This document shows positions 61,086 to 64,000 of a stretch of DNA of 64,000 nucleotides, one piece after another. Origin of the DNA: Eledone cirrhosa (Eukaryota). The notes under the pieces are model-generated. The model ran no database searches and had not been told where the DNA came from. It was given only the letters and a program-made list of their open reading frames with translations. The DNA lies in NCBI GenBank assembly GCA_964016885.1, contig OZ024743.1, positions 992,001 to 1,056,000 of the forward strand, given 5' to 3'. The number at the start of each line of letters is the position of its first letter. Position 1 is the stretch's first letter. Position numbers and translations under genes: made by a program.

Positions 61086-64000
61086 GGCGACCTACGTAGT
61101 AAATCGTATCATCGTGAACTCCGCAAAGGTTTGTTATTTTCAGTTGTTTAAAATTGCCATTTATGGAAATTTTGTTTGTTATCTGTATATAAGTGCACAT
61201 ACATTGATTTCTGAAAAGGACACTCAAAAATATTGGGGCCTTGAGCCCAAAATTTAAACTTTTTATAATTATCAAACAAAAATTTTTCTTTGAAAAATCA
61301 TGGATGTCTCAGAGTCACTCCTTCCTCACACTCTAACACCTCACACCGACACCGCCATTGTAAATATTACTACGTTTGCCAACACTGGAAATGTAAGCAG
61401 TACCAGTATTTTAAATTTGTCTCAGGCAGACGTTTATTTCCCGCCATTACCAATGACTGCAGGTGTTAAAGCCGCAACCACCACCCACCACCACCACCAC
61501 AGTGACAACAGAAACAAAAAAAATAAATAAATTAACTCGTGATATCGAAATGAATTCAACCAAAATGAACTCTTCCACACCGAACACCACTGACGCCACC
61601 ACCACAACTGAAACTAAAATTAACAATAGCAAAAATAACGATAACAACAACAGCAACAATGAAATTAAGTAAACTACCCTGAGTTTTGCCAGAGTAGCAA
61701 AAACGTGCGAAGCGATCCAGGTAACTCAGGAGGAATTAGAAGAAGCCAAAGGAATGGTAAAGAAAGATGGGTACAGGGTCAGCCTCATCCCTCCCCCCCC
61801 CCCCCCCACACACACACACACCTAATAAAATGGAGCAACGTCGCCTATGCACCGTGTCTTATCGGACAATTAACATAAAATCGCGCCGAGTGGAACGGGC
61901 ATCCAAGTCCCAAACCCAAATAGCTTTGGGACATGTGTGGGCAAAAAGACCCCACATCAGACGGGGACAGAAGTATGGAACCGTGGATGTGTTCTTTGAA
62001 ACACCACAGGAGGCCAGAGAACACTCCATGGCCCCATTAAGAAGTGACTACTTCACACTCGTCCCAAGCTATTGTGGCCAGGGACTTGTGAAGATCAGGG
62101 TGACCCACATTCCACCGGCCATCGAAATTCCCTGGCTAATGGCTGCCGTCCTCGCCGGCATCGAGGCCAACACCAAAATAATAGAAATAGCAAAAGAAAA
62201 GCAGGAAAACTGGTCCGGATCTGGGATTGAGCTCCTGATCCAAGCGGACCATAAAAGCATTGAGGAGATCCCAGAGGTAATAGACCTCACTGACGGCAGC
62301 CACCTCACCGTAATTGTCGAGAGCAGAAGGCCTAGGTGTGTCGTTTGTGGTGAAGGAACCCACCTAAGGGCTTTCTGCCCTCAGGCTAAAAGGTTGAGGC
62401 CACCTCTCTTACCCACCCCAGTGACTCAACCATCAACACCACCAGCAGCAGAAATGGCAGCAACAACTGTAGCAGCAAAACAGAAGCAACTGTAACAGCA
62501 TCAACCCCAGCAACAGTAGCAAAACCAACACCACCACCACCCAACGCGCCAGAACTAGCACCAGCGCCTACACCATCCACCACGCCACAACCAAAACCAA
62601 CGCCTGTGGAGGATTTTCCACTCCCCGGCCTATCACAACTGGAGACAGATTGTGACGACGAGGAGTGGGAAACGGTATCAGGAAAAAAAAAAAGAAACCA
62701 AAAAAGAAAAAAATTCTCTTCCTTCCCCCTCCAAAAACAAAATACAGAGGGAAACAAATAAATTAACAAGCAAAAAAGTTAGGACAGATATGCCACCATC
62801 CATACCAGCATCACCAACCCCATCACCACAAACACCAACACCATCACCATCATTAACCCCAACACCACCATCACCAACACCACAAAAGTCACCAAAAAGC
62901 GTAACAGAAACAAACCCACAACGAACGCAAACAAAACAAAACAACCAAAACGATACACACTACACAGCATTAAATTTGAACAACAGCCAATTATTACACT
63001 ACATGCAACACAGCACCAGCATCACAGAAAAAGTCAACACAGCAACCCAAAAGTTCACACCACCTCCACACATACAAATCACTCGCATCACACAAAAAAC
63101 GTACACGACACTAAAACAAAAATTCTCCAAAGACATCGGAGATTTCCGACAAACACTCTCCAGGAGGATTGATAAGGACATCCTTCCGGAGGAGGCCACA
63201 AGCAGTGAAAAGGATGGACAAACCATCCTTCCTCTACGAGAAGTAAGGTAAGTGGTCTTTCCCATCTTTTCCACTCCATTTCAATATGACCTCTCTCAGA
63301 ATAGGCAGCATGAATTCGCGTGGCTTGGGGTCGTCATGGAAGCAGGGCCACCTGCTCAACGACCTCAGGTCACTAAACCTAGATGTAGTGGCCATCAGCG
63401 AGACCAGAATCTCCGAAGCACGGGCCTTCGAACCGATCTTCGGCGGCTACGTTGTGTACGCATCTCCCAGGCCTCCGGGATCGGGAGGGGGAGTTGCTGT
63501 GCTTTTTCGGAGAGGTTTGGATCTCGCCATACGGGCCATCTTCCTGGACCCAGAAGGTAAGTTGGTGGTGCTAGACGTGACCAGCGGAGACGGGAAAGCT
63601 TTCAGGCTAGTGGCCGTCTATGCCCCGACAGCAGCAGGGCGGCCTGATTTCTTCCGGCGTCTGGAGGCCTTTCTTGGAACGTCCCGCTCTTTAGTGTTAG
63701 TGGGCACTGGAACAGGATCATAGATGCAGGCTGTGACTGTGTGGGATTAGCGGATAGGGGAGGAGGGTGCATGAGCCTCACCAACCTGCTCAGGCGTTTT
63801 GAACTGTCTGACAGGTACCGATTGGATTTCCCGAATGTGCCAATGTGGACTTGGACAAATCGCATAGGGTCATCCAGATCATATCTAGATAGAGTAGTTT
63901 GTAGAGAAATAGATAGGTCTAGCATAGACTGTCCACAATTCAAGATAGTCAGCTACACGGACCATGCTTGACTTAGATAGGCTTCATAGACGAGGACACG
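61086..64000 (+). mobile_element. Tx1-like LINE (different subfamily): 5' UTR, frameshifted ORF1, ORF2 APE domain running off the window
   Basis: ORF1 RGQKYGT, RPRCVVCGEGTHLRAFCP, Pro/Thr-rich tail, stop ending at 63251. ORF2 from 63286: SMNSRGL, SETR, VYAP, WTW, YLDR, TDH. Confidence 0.9.

Overview
This is AT-rich eukaryotic (metazoan) repeat DNA. I found no host protein-coding gene, rRNA, CRISPR array or prokaryotic feature. The microsatellite density and the dominant tRNA-derived SINE resemble octopus/cephalopod genomes (inference from recall, not checked). The window is a mosaic of retroelements sorted by microsatellite type. (1) In or beside (TA)n tracts: a Penelope-like element (RT + GIY-YIG) present as a ~2-kb head-to-head inverted duplication with a template-switch junction and a hammerhead-ribozyme-like motif in each 3' end. 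There are also several short non-coding fold-back elements of the same architecture, including a near-perfect 411-bp palindrome with two outward-facing minimal type-I hammerhead motifs (45796-46206). (2) At (ATT/TAA)n tracts: Tx1/L1-like LINEs (zinc-knuckle ORF1; APE-RT ORF2), including a 5'-inverted copy and a head-to-tail array at 55-64 kb; R4/Dong-like REL elements, one with an intact 1130-aa ORF; and about 15 SINE copies or fragments whose 3' end resembles the Tx1-like 3' end. A mariner relic, RTE-like fragments and a small hAT-like MITE are also present. The best candidate for something undescribed is the set of (TA)n-associated fold-back, hammerhead-bearing Penelope-type elements. All boundaries and RNA folds were read by eye.
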